DNA of 64,000 nucleotides. It comes from Antedon mediterranea. Its lineage: Eukaryota; Animalia; Echinodermata. Below are positions 38,601-51,336 of the stretch, piece by piece. A program made the position numbers and the translations under genes. Where the stretch lies: contig NC_092678.1 in assembly GCF_964355755.1 (NCBI RefSeq), positions 8,448,422-8,512,421 of the forward strand, in the 5' to 3' direction. Within the stretch, counting starts at the first letter, position 1; each line of letters starts with the position of its first letter. The notes beneath the pieces are model-generated. The model ran no database searches, was not told the DNA's origin, and saw only the letters and a list, made by a program, of their open reading frames with translations.

Positions 38601-40607
38601 ATGCCTTTCAAATATTACACTGTAAGACTTTTTGTCACATTCTTCATGTGGAAATTAGTGAAAGGACAGATCTCTAGGTCTTGTCACTTCACCAGCGGTT
38701 CTGGCTTTGTGATTTGCGATTGCAGTAACCAGGGACTGACTGAAATTACCGAACCACTTGGAGCAGACGTTAGTGTGCTTATACTCCGAAACAACAGTTT
38801 ACAGACAATTTCATCTCAAATTTTTCAGTATTCTTCTCAACTAATTGAATTGGACATCTCTCAAAACCAACTAATATCTATAGAACAAAATGCATTTTCA
38901 AATCTACCAGCGTTACGCCACTTAAATTTGTCTACAAATAAACTAACGAGTTTGGACTCTTCAGTCTTGCGAAATTTGCAACAACTTAGTGTATTGGCGC
39001 TTAATGACAACCAGTTACTTGAGATTCCTATTTTGAATGATTTGCAGAACTTACGATATCTTGATGTTTCTCAGAATCAAATACACACAATTGAATTTCA
39101 GGGTTTTGCTGATTTGAATAATTTGCTTCATTTAAATCTAAGTTCTAACCAGCTCCGAGAACTTAAACCATTATTATTTCAGAGGCAAGTCAATCTTGAG
39201 AACTTAGATCTTTCATATAATTATTTAACAAGTTTTAATTTGTCAATATTCAATGGACTTACTAATCCAAAAATTAGTACACTTAATCTTACAAGGAATG
39301 CATTAAGTTCACTTCCTACAGAACTGTTCACAGAACTAGAAGCAGTGAGAGACTTACAGGTTGCTAAAAACAATATACAAGTTTGGAAAAAGTCTTTCTT
39401 TCATTCAGCTAATGTATTAGAAGTTCTGAATTTGGCTGGGAATAGTATAGCTGATTTGGATGAAAGTATGTTCAGCAGGCAAGCAAAACTTCGCATTTTG
39501 GATCTTTCCAGAAACCGGATAGAGGATATTAAAAGATCTTTATTAGATATTGATCTCCTAGAACGTCTTGACTTGAGTAGGAACAACATTAAGATGCTAC
39601 CAATGAATATACTTTCAAGTCCTTTGCAGCTAAGAGAGATTCTGTTGTCTGAAAACATATTGGATTCCACTCCAGCATTTTCAGGATATCGACTTTTAGA
39701 AGTAATTAAGCTGAATGGGAATAGGATATCTAGAGTGGACGAGAATGATTATTTACAGTTGAGAATGTTAACAGAACTTGATTTGAGTGTTAATTATATA
39801 CAAGAAGTTGATATGAATGCATTTGTACAAGCTACGAGGCTCACCTCTCTTAATTTACAGGAAAACAAACTAAGAACTTTACAAGAGGGCATTTTCATGA
39901 ACCATCAAACACTGATGACCCTTGACCTCAGAAAAAATCCATGGCAGTGTGATTGCACATTGTTTGAATTTCTTCGTTCTATTCCAAACATGGTTCAAAT
40001 TTTAGCTTCGTCAGAGGTCACTTGCCAAACGCCACCTGAATTATTAGGCGAGCCGATTGAAACTGCGACTGTGTGTAGAGATCCAGTTACAGGGAATAAG
40101 CAGCAAAAGAATAGAAGACTAGTAGCTGTTAGTGTCGTTATTCCAATCGTTTTTGTCATCTTTGTAATAATCTTTGCCCGTTGCATAGTAAAAAGGAAAA
40201 TTGCAAATTATCCTCTCACACCTGCGCCTCGACAATCAACGACGGATCCGTCACCGACTCGACAACAAGCATCACCAAATTTAACAAGAACTCTACCTAT
40301 ACCTCCTAATGCTAATTCTAAAGAGGCATCAATTCCTTATTATCTGAGCTTTGGTACATTAAGACCAGAGTATGCAAACCAGTATGACACAATTGACTCA
40401 AAAATTCAAAATCGGAGAATTAACAATTTTCAAGAAAACAGTGGCACTGACGGTTATTTATCACCAAGCGAGATAGAACAATCAACCTACGCTCCGATGG
40501 CAAATATATATTTGAAACCAATAACGGTTCCAGACAATAAAAAAACTGCTACGATGACCAAAGAAATGCCCGATATCGAAGGAAATTATCTCAGCCAAAT
40601 AATTTAA
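38601..40607 (+). CDS. LRR-TM receptor 2 (no TIR; Tyr-rich tail)
   Basis: ATG at 38601; signal peptide; CDCSNQGL cap; ~16 LRRs; KNPWQCDC..CQTP..C LRRCT; TM LVAVSVVIPIVFVIFVIIFA; tail YYLSF, EYAN, QYDTI, GYLSP, TYAPM, IYLKP, NYLSQII. Confidence 0.93.
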   Translation: MPFKYYTVRLFVTFFMWKLVKGQISRSCHFTSGSGFVICDCSNQGLTEITEPLGADVSVLILRNNSLQTISSQIFQYSSQLIELDISQNQLISIEQNAFSNLPALRHLNLSTNKLTSLDSSVLRNLQQLSVLALNDNQLLEIPILNDLQNLRYLDVSQNQIHTIEFQGFADLNNLLHLNLSSNQLRELKPLLFQRQVNLENLDLSYNYLTSFNLSIFNGLTNPKISTLNLTRNALSSLPTELFTELEAVRDLQVAKNNIQVWKKSFFHSANVLEVLNLAGNSIADLDESMFSRQAKLRILDLSRNRIEDIKRSLLDIDLLERLDLSRNNIKMLPMNILSSPLQLREILLSENILDSTPAFSGYRLLEVIKLNGNRISRVDENDYLQLRMLTELDLSVNYIQEVDMNAFVQATRLTSLNLQENKLRTLQEGIFMNHQTLMTLDLRKNPWQCDCTLFEFLRSIPNMVQILASSEVTCQTPPELLGEPIETATVCRDPVTGNKQQKNRRLVAVSVVIPIVFVIFVIIFARCIVKRKIANYPLTPAPRQSTTDPSPTRQQASPNLTRTLPIPPNANSKEASIPYYLSFGTLRPEYANQYDTIDSKIQNRRINNFQENSGTDGYLSPSEIEQSTYAPMANIYLKPITVPDNKKTATMTKEMPDIEGNYLSQII

Positions 40608-41936
40608 TTTTAAAATAGTTACAATATTTAGCAGCCGCCTCACAAACGGACATCTGCCCTAACAGCTACATATTTAATAGCCTGTGTTTCTGTGCTTTCT
40701 TATTTAATTGTTGCATTTGGTATCGACCACCTCCCAGATTTTTTTAATTACAATCCCTATTCAGGGGATATTCCCATTAAGGACACACTAATATCGCAAG
40801 TGTCCTCAATAACGTTCTGTGTAACCCTCAAACTAATGTCCAATCTGAAATTTCAAATGCTAAATGTTTCTAAGGGAAAATATCTCTCAAAAAAGCTTGT
40901 GCGTGGTTGATTACCTAATCATAAAACAGTTAAAAATACAGATTTTTAGATGTATATTATTATACTTATTATATATTATTAGATAATGTAAATATTAGCA
41001 GTGATTAATATAAGGTAAATTAATTTTTTTTTGTAATTTAATAACTTTATCAATAATAATAATTTTTGGCCAGTTTAATAAAGATGATCAATAATAATCA
41101 TATTGTTTATATTATTGTACTTCAGAGAACTGGAAAAGTTCTGGGAGGAACAATAAGATGAAACTGAAATGAATTTTTTATGTGAAAATAGCAATAATTT
41201 GTGACGTCTTTTTCAACATGTTTTACGTCCATCTACCTGTCTAGCCAGTTACACATCAACACCGCAAGCTATCATGCATGTTTTTGAATACCTACACTTC
41301 CTGTTTTTATTCATTTTTACATCACAATCGTCTCTTCCTTTTACAATGAATCATATTTATTTATACAATGTTACAATATAGTATTACCCATTTATGCAGT
41401 TAGTTCTATTCAATATTTTTAAGATTTCCTACATACAAAGTATCAAGTACTGTAAAACAAGCTTCTTTTTTGTTTTACCTGATTCAATATTTTCACTAAA
41501 ATAGATACATGGAAATAGTCATATCCCAAATCTATTGTTGTTAATCTCTGCTTGTTCAATCAAGTTTTTTCAAGTAAGCCCCTTGGGTAAAATTCCTCCA
41601 CTGAAGTAGGCCCTTGATCGGTGTATCTTCCTTGGGCAGATCTTCAGGAAAACGGGTCATGTTTAGTCATACTGAAGGTGTCTATGCTTTGATCTGTTAA
41701 GTCTATTGTCTATCTTATGATTGACTTCAGATGTATATTAAGATTTCATTCTTCTTCAGAAATTACCAGAGTCGACACGTACCATATATGGTTTTCATAT
41801 ATTTATGAGTTTTACTATCATCTGTAAAAGCTGTATTGCACTGAAAATTGATTATGTAGACATTGTTGAAATGAAAATGCAATGTGAAAAAAAATTGTAA
41901 CTTGACAGTCATACATTGTAGCAAGATTACTGAAAG

Positions 41937-43550
41937 ATGTCTACTTATCAAGTCACCATGTGGAAACTAGTTATTGGGTGTCTAACTTGGATAGTTACTG
42001 TTGTAATCTCACAGTCAACCACTACACAATGTGAGGCCTACAGTAACCTCTCAGGAACATATTACAACTGCTCTTCGCGAGGATATAGGTCTGTTCCCAT
42101 GAATATCCCATACAAGGCAGAGATTGTCATACTTAAAAATAACTTTATCAAAGAGATTCGTTCAAATTCATTTGTAAGTTTGACTAATCTTCATTCATTA
42201 GATCTTTCCAATAATCGTATCAATACAATTCAGATGAGTGCGTTTCTAGGCCTGAATAATTTACAGATGTTGAACCTGTCTGGTAACAATCTTGTTTCTC
42301 TAATGCCGGAATTGTTCCGCCCTGTGCGAAGTCTGGAAACGCTGATATTATCGCACAACAGGATTGAGAATATCCAAGCAGAGTTATTGAAAGATCTTGA
42401 CCAGTTGACCACATTAGACCTGTCGAACAACCGGATAAAAGTAATATATGATAACACGTTCTATGATCTTGTCCACCTGCAAGAACTCTATTTGCAATCA
42501 AATAGTATTTCAACCATAACGGACAAGACTCTTAACGGCTTATTGGACTTGGAGTTGCTATACTTGACTCAAAATAAACTTGTCTCAATTTCATCTGAAT
42601 TTAAAGAGCTTACACGACTCAAATTTCTGGATCTTGGAAACAACTTTATAACAACCATTGATAAAGATGCATTTGGTAACTTTGGTCGCCTTACTGAACT
42701 TGGACTTGAGAATAATAATTTATCATCTGTTCCTAAAGCTGTTGGCAAGTCAGCATCTTTACAGTTAACGCTGAGAGAGCTTTATCTCGGTAATAATCCA
42801 ATTCGCGAAATATCTGGTTCTTCATTTGGCAGGTTCACATATCTTGAGGATTTACAATTAGATCACATGAAACTTTCTGAATTAAGCCTTGATGCTTTTA
42901 AAGGAATGCCGAAACTCAGACACCTGTGGCTTAACAGTAACAAGTTGAAAACCATTCAGAAGGAATCCATCATTCCTTTACGGCATTTATTAAAGTTGTA
43001 TTTAGATGAGAATTATTGGAATTGTGACTGCAGCTTATTTGGTTTTCTTCAATATCTTGACCAACATCCAGAACTAGCAACGGAAAAGGTCATTCCATGT
43101 CACACGCCACTAGTACGTGTTGGAGAACCAATTACAAAAGTTCTTGAGTTGTCTTGCGATTTAGAAAGTGAAAATTTCTTTTCCAGATCATCATCAGAAA
43201 CACCAAAAGAGATGACAAAAAAAGATGCACTTTTAGTTGCCATACCTACAACTTTTGTAATGACTATTATGCTGTTAGCGGTTTTGTGTTTGACGACTTT
43301 GTCTGCGAGAAAATGGTTGCAATCATCTGTGAAAAATAAGCAACTTAGCGGGCAACCTCAGCTGAGACGTTATAACCACCAAAGACCCCAAAGAGAACAT
43401 TCTAAAAACTATGGAATTGAAGTGCAGGCTTATGCCACTCTTGAGCCACCTGAACCAAGTCCCTTGCCAACTAGGAAGACTCTCCAGCCCTATGCGTATG
43501 CCTATATTGATAAACGGGGTAGTATGCAAGCGACTGTTAACTTGCATTAA
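41937..43550 (+). CDS. LRR-TM receptor 3 (no TIR)
   Basis: Signal peptide (alternative ATG at MWKLV); NCSSRGY cap; ~13 LRRs; ENYWNCDC..CHTP..C; TM ALLVAIPTTFVMTIMLLAVLCL; tail NYGI, AYATL, PYAYAY. Confidence 0.93.
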   Translation: MSTYQVTMWKLVIGCLTWIVTVVISQSTTTQCEAYSNLSGTYYNCSSRGYRSVPMNIPYKAEIVILKNNFIKEIRSNSFVSLTNLHSLDLSNNRINTIQMSAFLGLNNLQMLNLSGNNLVSLMPELFRPVRSLETLILSHNRIENIQAELLKDLDQLTTLDLSNNRIKVIYDNTFYDLVHLQELYLQSNSISTITDKTLNGLLDLELLYLTQNKLVSISSEFKELTRLKFLDLGNNFITTIDKDAFGNFGRLTELGLENNNLSSVPKAVGKSASLQLTLRELYLGNNPIREISGSSFGRFTYLEDLQLDHMKLSELSLDAFKGMPKLRHLWLNSNKLKTIQKESIIPLRHLLKLYLDENYWNCDCSLFGFLQYLDQHPELATEKVIPCHTPLVRVGEPITKVLELSCDLESENFFSRSSSETPKEMTKKDALLVAIPTTFVMTIMLLAVLCLTTLSARKWLQSSVKNKQLSGQPQLRRYNHQRPQREHSKNYGIEVQAYATLEPPEPSPLPTRKTLQPYAYAYIDKRGSMQATVNLH

Positions 43551-44629
43551 ACTGGTTGTGAGTCTATAATGAGATACCGGTACCAACTATTTTGATAGGG
43601 AGAACAGTTAATATTCTTGTGAAAGTTGTTTAGATGGACAGCTGTGCAACTGTGTTTTACAGTGTGATGGGTGAACATTTTGCACATGTTGAATGCGGCA
43701 AGAAATAAATTACAGATTTTATATAATAACTTGCTGAGCATTTTTGGAAGTAAATTATGGTGATTTTGTTACACAGATTAAAAGTCTTTATTACGTTCGC
43801 TAAAGATGTTATAAAATTTATTAGTCGTTTGTTAGCAAGATTTTACCTTACACTATGTAAAAAATCCATCAAAGTTTGTAGATGCAATCAATAGTTTATA
43901 ACCTGTAATTTCCTAAAATCATACTTTTTAATTTCTTTACAACCAGTCATCATAAATACATCATTTTGTTTACTAATTTTTAAAGGCCAGGTGCGGGCAA
44001 AACATTTTTATTGATCATAGATTCCAATAATTATCGATCTATAGTTTACCCTATGTTTCATAATTTTTGGGATTTTATTTCTGTTACACGAGTTTGTTGA
44101 AAATAAGCACTTTCTCATCAGTTCATCAGTTGATAGTTCAACTTACATAGTAAAATCTATATTCTTTTGTACACAAATTTTGTAAATAGAGAGGCATTTT
44201 AAAAAGCTATGAAAAATAAATGGTGTGGTAAAAAATGTTATCAGATGACTAAATATAGATAATATAACTTGAATTTTACATTTCTGGTATTTTTTTTCAA
44301 CTTCAGATTTTTATTGTCATGCTATAGCAAAAATTATCCACCGTATATCCACCATCTTTTTTCACCTTCTAGAGAGTCACCAGACATGTTATTACATTAG
44401 GTTAAACACCTAACTACCGACAAAAAGTCTTCCTGGTTTTTATGGCAGAATTTTGCCAAATTTTGTATTTGACCATATTAAGAGAAATTCATGTTTTTTC
44501 GTCTTGATTTCTGTTTTAAATATTTAATTTATTTTAAATTCATGCCTTTATCTGAGCTTTAAACATGTATGTCTTTTGGGTTTGCATATTTTTGTGTATG
44601 CAGGGAATATATACGTAGAGTCTATACAT

Positions 44630-44800
44630 TTTTATTCTTATTCTTATTCTTTTATTGCCAAATATAAAATACATGAAAAACACGACATACAAAAAAAAAA
44701 CAATAGAACCAACTGAGTGAGCTGGCATGGGACACAAAAGCGAACCTAATCACTATGACTTAAAGCCTGTGTTCCCCACTCACCCAGTTTCACAAGCAAT
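44630..44800 (-). mobile_element. Probable retroposon (LINE/SINE) 3' end with (AATAAG)n tail
   Basis: On the minus strand a GC-richer structured segment, a T-tract, then AATAAAAGAATAAGAATAAGAATAAAAA. Confidence 0.45.
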
Positions 44801-46736
44801 GATTATACCATCTTAAAATATAATATATCAAAATTTATTGGATCAGGATCGAGATTTAGGATCCATTCCTGGCCGAGGTCGCAACTCTCTGATTGGCCAG
44901 TGAAAATCAAGACATGACTTTAATTAAAGCTTGGCTTTATTTCGGTCTGTCAATTTTTTAAGAAGTTTCAAAACAGACTTATACAGACTTATACAGAAAA
45001 CTATAATTTGTCTTTTTATTTTTAGTTAAATTGATTGATGACCAGAATTAATTTTATGCCCTTGAGATGAATGTACCGTTGTACATTGATTTTGTTCATT
45101 GTCTTCAAATTACTTTTACATTAAATATTTTACCTCTTTAAACATTTGAATTTATTGATGGTTAATAGTAATATATTATACCATACTGATAGTGATATTT
45201 GTTGATAATTTTTGTAAATAAATTACTTGTATAAACTGCTCACTCATTGCAAGTAAAATAAAGATATTTAAAGGTTTATTCATTCTAATTATAAAATCTT
45301 GTTTTATTTAGTTTTATTATTAAAATTCTTAATTACAACTGCTAATTAGTTGTAAAATTGGTAAAACACATATTCTATCTTTGGTGTAGCTTTCACCAGC
45401 ATCATGTGGCATGAATCTTTAAACATGGCTTTTGGTTCTTTTCACATAATAAATTCTATATTATGTTTTGGACATACATGGTTTTATGCTTTCATACAGC
45501 TTTATTTAATAAATTCGAGAATGTATGTGTTTCTTATGTATACTTTTAAATCAGGAAAATATTTTTTATTATAATAAATGTTTATAAAATTGACAATAAA
45601 AAGAAAACAGTTGTAATGGTGTGTTTACTATTTCAAATTGTTTCCTTTAATTTCTATAAGAGATCCATAATTCTTTGTAAACGTTGACTCTTGACTGAAA
45701 TTCTATGATAAATGACACGGATTACATTTTCCGACAGTACAGATGTTGGTAAAAACCAAGTTTCAACAAATATTAGTTTGTTTCAGCATTTTTAATGCTT
45801 TTGTCTCTCCTCGGCTCTGAAAATGATTAAAATAAATCAAATAAAATGATTTACGCTGAGATTTTGTAGTAAATTCTCTTGTTGTTTGATTGTACATTTA
45901 CTCCAGTAGAACTTGCGCACAATATTGCTGTTCAAATAACTTGCAAACAAGAGGTCTAGAGATTAGCGTGCATAACTTGATCCTCGACAAATAAAGAACT
46001 TATTGCATAATTGTACCAGATGTTATAATTTTGAGTGTTACGATTCACCTAACAAATGCTTTTTTTTATATCAAAGTTTTTAGCATGTAGTAGTTCCTTT
46101 CATTTCATTTTTTGTTTCATTTTTTTCATTTATATATTTGACATCAAAAATGTCGTGGGACCCCAAAAGCAACAGAGTCACCATAACTCCTTCCTTTCAT
46201 CCATGTAAAATCTCTCAGTGAGTTTGATTTACCAGCCTTTGTGAGACTGATACAGACAGACCTTTGGACATTCAAAAGTTTGATTTTGAAATTGGGGGAA
46301 TGATTAATTATTATTTTTTTAATTACCTATTACTTCATTCCATCAAAACTAGTTTTTACAACACGTGTGAATATGTTATATATAGTATAGCATGAATATC
46401 TTGGGAGACCTTGTTACCTTTTGTTCATGTGAAAATTGGGTATTAATGAGTACTGGATTACTATATATAGTAATGTTTTCATATTTCATTTAAAGTATAC
46501 ATTACTATTTTACTAAAGTGAACCAATACGGGGTGTTTATTAAACAAACAGGATTTTATTGCCATTATTTTTCCTTTATCATTTCCCTTTGTAGGTTATG
46601 TACTTTCTATTATCTAGATGGCTGTTGAAAAAAAATCCATTTCATTATTGTTCTACACAAAGAATGTACTGTACATTATTAATATTGATATCCTTATCCT
46701 TTTGTGTTGTTTTGAATCGTGATCATTGGAATAATC

Positions 46737-47747
46737 ATGAGCTCTGTACTGTATACCTTACTCTTGTTTATTTTTCTATGTGTTGATTTCAAGAAAACGC
46801 ATAGTGTAATTATAAAAGGGACTGTACGCATAGAAGTGTTTGACAAATGTCCTCAACATGTTGGTGATTATGTTGAAAATTTCTGTTTTGACAACAACAA
46901 ACAATTTTCTGATCCTGTACCCGTAGGAAAGAATTTTACATTTGTAATGAGAACAGCAAGTTTTCTTATCCGAATGAAAGGAGTTATGTGTGAAGAGTGC
47001 ATTGAAACTATTGCTAATAGTTTGCTTGTTTTAAAATGTGAATTGACAAACAACATGTGCTTATACACGGCTTTAGATAAATTTGTAGAAAGTGTACTGG
47101 AGGAATATTTTGGAGAAAAAGGCTTTCATTCATGCTTTCCAAAAGAGTTCAACAGCACCATAAATATTGGTAATTCCTTTTGTGAAAATGATGTACCAGC
47201 TGGGCTTATGGAAATTATGAAATCCGACCCAGAATGTAAAAATCAAACTAAAGACTTAATAGTAATGCTTCTTGCTGTGGCTCTTGTCGTTTGTTTTGTC
47301 TTTTTTACAATTGCAATTTGTGGAATTTATAAACGTGGTCAAAGAATGATGGTGGAGCTTCAGAAGGACACGCAGCATAGATCTCGACTTCAGCTAAGTT
47401 CATCAGTATCAACAGTGAATCCTGTAATAGATGGTACTCCAGAAGGTTCTGATGTAGAAGATGGCGATGACACCATACCAGATGTTGTTAACCCACTGTC
47501 TCGCAAACCGACCAACTTCCCTATGGTGGAAAATCCTTTGAACAGAGGAAATCGAAATACTTCACTTGATAGTGGAGGTTATGTTGTTCCCGATATGGTC
47601 AATGAAGCGCATCTTTACACCGACCTTACAAAACGGGATACATTAATTGAGGATAATGAAGGTTATGTTTTACCAGATCAACAGTTCCAATTAAAAGATA
47701 CTGTAAATGACTACTTAACTATTTATACACCAGAGTGTGAAGCTTAA
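46737..47747 (+). CDS. Unassigned Cys-rich type I membrane protein, copy A
   Basis: ATG at 46737 (MSSVLYTLLLFIFLC signal); ectodomain with MKGVMCEEC; TM LIVMLLAVALVVCFVFFTIAICGIY; acidic tail with YVVP, YTDL, YVLP, YLTI; paralogous to copies B and D. Confidence 0.88.
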   Translation: MSSVLYTLLLFIFLCVDFKKTHSVIIKGTVRIEVFDKCPQHVGDYVENFCFDNNKQFSDPVPVGKNFTFVMRTASFLIRMKGVMCEECIETIANSLLVLKCELTNNMCLYTALDKFVESVLEEYFGEKGFHSCFPKEFNSTINIGNSFCENDVPAGLMEIMKSDPECKNQTKDLIVMLLAVALVVCFVFFTIAICGIYKRGQRMMVELQKDTQHRSRLQLSSSVSTVNPVIDGTPEGSDVEDGDDTIPDVVNPLSRKPTNFPMVENPLNRGNRNTSLDSGGYVVPDMVNEAHLYTDLTKRDTLIEDNEGYVLPDQQFQLKDTVNDYLTIYTPECEA

Positions 47748-49913
47748 TGTGTTTTAATTAACTTATTAAGCAGGATCAACAGAATAATAGTAGACCAAAA
47801 ATATATGGAGAACTGCATTTAGGATGGACAACATGATTGATATTGAGTTTTCAAGTTGTAATGAGGTTCCAAAAGAGTGATTCAGCTTGATATTGGTAAA
47901 AAGATAAACATTTTGGCATACATGACATGTAATACGTATACTTGAGTTTGAATCACCATCTTCGCACCATGTTTTGTCACCAAGAATTTTAAGGCATAAT
48001 TATCCGGTTGATTAATTTTAGTCTCATGTGATTTACTACTAGTTAATTCTGTATTTTTTTTAAATATATCAGAAAATACTATATTCGGAGAGAGAGGGCT
48101 CACTACTTTAATATTTCGGCTTATGTTAAATTAATACAGAGGGCGTGCTATTTAATATTCCAGCTCATATTATTGAAGATATGTAGGTAACTCAGATTTT
48201 GATCAGCTTTTATGACATCATCAATATAATTTTTTATGAAAATCAATAGGCATGCAATCGAACAAACAATGAGGAACTAAATTTTTGCAAAGTATGTACA
48301 TATTGGGTAAGAATAATAACTAGAACTGCACTGATTTGATATTGTTGATTAAACTTGAGGTCATGTGAACGAATAAATCAGGAGAGGTGGAAGAAGCTCA
48401 GTAGAGAGTGGATCACCTGACAATAGGTATTCTGCCACTAGAGTTGAATTTTATTTTTTTCCTTCATCTCATTTAATTTTTCTTAGATACTTTAACATAG
48501 TTACAAAGCTCAATATCATAAGTAAACAAAAACAAATCATAATAGCAATTTTGTCTTTTTATTTAGTTTCACGTTGCGAGGCGGCTATGACAGATTTGTA
48601 ATTCTTTTTACATGTTTTTGAAGCAGTGTTCTTTAAGGAGATATGTTTCTCAACCTCTAAACTAAATTTCATTCTGTGAAAAAATAATCTGGTCTCTTTT
48701 CTTTACCTTGCAGTTAAATATGAATTGTTTACAATAGAATAAACACATTTACTGGTAAAAGAGACCAGAGTAATTGTTCTAGAGTTTTTAAATAAATGTA
48801 GAAATATACTACATAACGGTTTTAAATGTAGATCTAAATTCCAAATTCCACTACCATAGTGTATTTTCATGCAGAAAGCAACAACAAAAAACGATCGCAT
48901 GACCCATATGGAATTAATTTGTACAATTTAGTTTTTGACATTAAAGACAAATAAATTAAGTGTCTTAAATTTAAGGGTGCCTCAGATAAAAAAGGAACTT
49001 GCTTTTGGTGAACCTGTGTTTTTATATCCTGGTCACAGCACCAATAACATATAATATATCGTTGATTACTATAATATGTTATGTTCCCGACTCCGACAAT
49101 GAATATAAACACTTCAAATATAGTGGTTTTGGATGGCTTTATTCTCACTGAACATTTATGACAACATGTGCTCCATTTTATGATCTTTGTCATCACTATC
49201 TGCCACCCTCTGGTTGTGTTACATTTATATTTATACTTATTTATACTTCACTATTGAAATTGATCTGAATGTTATTTTTGAGAACTTAAGCATACATTCT
49301 GGGAACCAATCCAGGGTGTTTGTTCCACAAACATTTAATTATTTTATGTTTCAGAGCAATAAAAAAATGACATTCCAACGCACAAGCAATTTTGAAAGCA
49401 CTATTAAAATAATCGGTTATTTGAAATTTATCTTGTTGTTGTTATGCAATCGCATTTTGATTTATAACACACTTTAATATTGATTCTTGTCATCTAATTG
49501 AAGGATTTTCGGTCAAATGACTACTACAACTTTTACGTCAGAGTGCATATTCTAGGCCGCCTGTGTCACGCTGTCTAAAATTGTTTAACTCCCTGTCCAA
49601 TTGTATTGCTGCCTTCTAAAATGGTTAAGTGTTGGCCTCTCATTAATAGGTGTGTTATAAAACAAATAATGAATGTCTGATATTTGTGCAATGGGACAAA
49701 TAATTTCATGAGGTGAAGATGAAATGTTTTAACTTGGCTTTGCCTCGTAAATATGACTTATAATCTTTCACCTTTATATGAAATTATTTGCCCCATTGCA
49801 CTCATAACATTTATTATTAATTCGTGAATAAATACTGAAAGATGAGGGTGTATCAGTTTGATCTCTGGTGCACGTATACAATTGTCCAATCGGACTTGAC
49901 CAATACCATGAAA

Positions 49914-49986
49914 GTCCCAGTGGTCTAATGGTTAGGACATCTGAATATCAAACAGAAGGTTTCGGGTTCGAATCTTGGTTGGTGTG
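49914..49986 (+). ncRNA. Second, more degenerate copy of the ATC tRNA-like repeat
   Basis: Same CAATACCATGAAA leader, TGGTCTAATGGTTAGGAC, ATATCAA loop and ~100-bp downstream sequence (TATATCACCGGGCGGTTT) as 31500-31697. Confidence 0.7.
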
Positions 49987-50418
49987 ACTTTTTCTCATTT
50001 TTTTATCTTATCGTTTCAAATTAATTAATATATTTTCAGTATATCACCGGGCGGTTTTTGAATTTGTTCTGTGCCTGTGTTGTTTATAATATATCATCTA
50101 ATGTAATCTCTATAGAGTTCTGAAAACTATTTAATGACATTTTGTTCTTGTGTTTATCATACATGTTGTGGTGTTTTAATGAGAAGCAACACAAAGTGTC
50201 TATTGTACAAAAAGGATTTTATTGTTTATATTTTTCCTTTATCATTTCCTGTTATATTTGCATACTTTATACATATTGGATGGCTGTTGGCAAAAAATAC
50301 CATTTAGTTCTTGTTCTGCATAAAGAACTGACCAAATTACACGAACATAATTATTCTTATTGATATTGTTAATAACACTTTGTTTCTTTTTACATTGAAC
50401 TGTGAACGTTTGATAATC

Positions 50419-51336
50419 ATGAGCTCTCTGCTGTATACCTTACTCTTTTTTGTTTTTTTGTGTGGTAATTTCCAGACGGATAGTATTGTTATACAAGGAA
50501 GGGTAAACATAAAATTGTTTGACTCTTGTCCTGGTAATTATTCTTATGAATTTTGCTTTGTTAATAATAAACTATCTACTACTGTCAAAGGAATGGAATT
50601 TACAAGTAACATAAAAACAGAAAGCTCTGCTGTCATTATGAAAGGAGTTATGTGTAACAACTGTATTGAAATGATTACTGAAAATTTGATCATCTTAAAA
50701 TGCATGTTAGCATTGAACAATGTATGTATGTATAATTTAAACGAATTTGTACTTGGTGTTATGTACAAATATTTTGAAAAAAAGGATTTTTTTCCGTGTC
50801 ATCGGCAGAAATTCAAAAAACGTGTCAACACTGATTCTGTATGTTGGAATGGTATAACAGAATTGGAAAACAAAGACATGACTGTTTTCCTTCTGATTGC
50901 TGGTCTTATAACCTGTATTGTGTTTTTTACGATTTTAATTTGGTGTGTTGATAATCATTATAAACGAAAGATTGTAGAACTTGAAAAAGACACGCAGCAT
51001 AGATCTCAATTTCAGCGAGGACTTTCAATATCAACAGTGAATCCTGTAAGAGATTATTCCTTGGAAGATTCTGATGATATGTATGCTGATGTGTATGATG
51101 GTTCTGATGACATCACTATGCCAGATGTTGTTGATTCACAGTCTCGCAAACCAATCAACTTCCCAATGATGCAAAATCCTTTGAACACAGAGAATCACAC
51201 ATCTTTAGTTGTTGAAAGCAGCGACACGCATCAGTTCACTGGTTCCTCCAACCAGATTGAAATCGGTGAAGATGGCTATTGTAAGCCAAATGTAACAGAT
51301 CTGGTAAAAAGATATTCCCCAAATTGTGAAGTTTAA
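50419..51336 (+). CDS. Unassigned Cys-rich type I membrane protein, copy B
   Basis: ATG at 50419 (MSSLLYTLLFFVFLC); MKGVMCNNC; TM VFLLIAGLITCIVFFTILIWCV; VELEKDTQHRS and SRKPINFPM..NPLN shared with A; ends CEV. Confidence 0.88.
   Translation: MSSLLYTLLFFVFLCGNFQTDSIVIQGRVNIKLFDSCPGNYSYEFCFVNNKLSTTVKGMEFTSNIKTESSAVIMKGVMCNNCIEMITENLIILKCMLALNNVCMYNLNEFVLGVMYKYFEKKDFFPCHRQKFKKRVNTDSVCWNGITELENKDMTVFLLIAGLITCIVFFTILIWCVDNHYKRKIVELEKDTQHRSQFQRGLSISTVNPVRDYSLEDSDDMYADVYDGSDDITMPDVVDSQSRKPINFPMMQNPLNTENHTSLVVESSDTHQFTGSSNQIEIGEDGYCKPNVTDLVKRYSPNCEV

Noticed and set aside
23593-43550. Calling the LRR genes Toll-like receptors or VLRs
   Set aside because: No TIR domain follows the TM helix; no GPI-type stalk or flanking LRR cassette library is visible.
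24655-43586. Short antisense or alternate-frame ORFs overlapping the LRR genes (and likewise the LINE ORF)
   Set aside because: Shadow ORFs of real coding sequence with no independent motifs.
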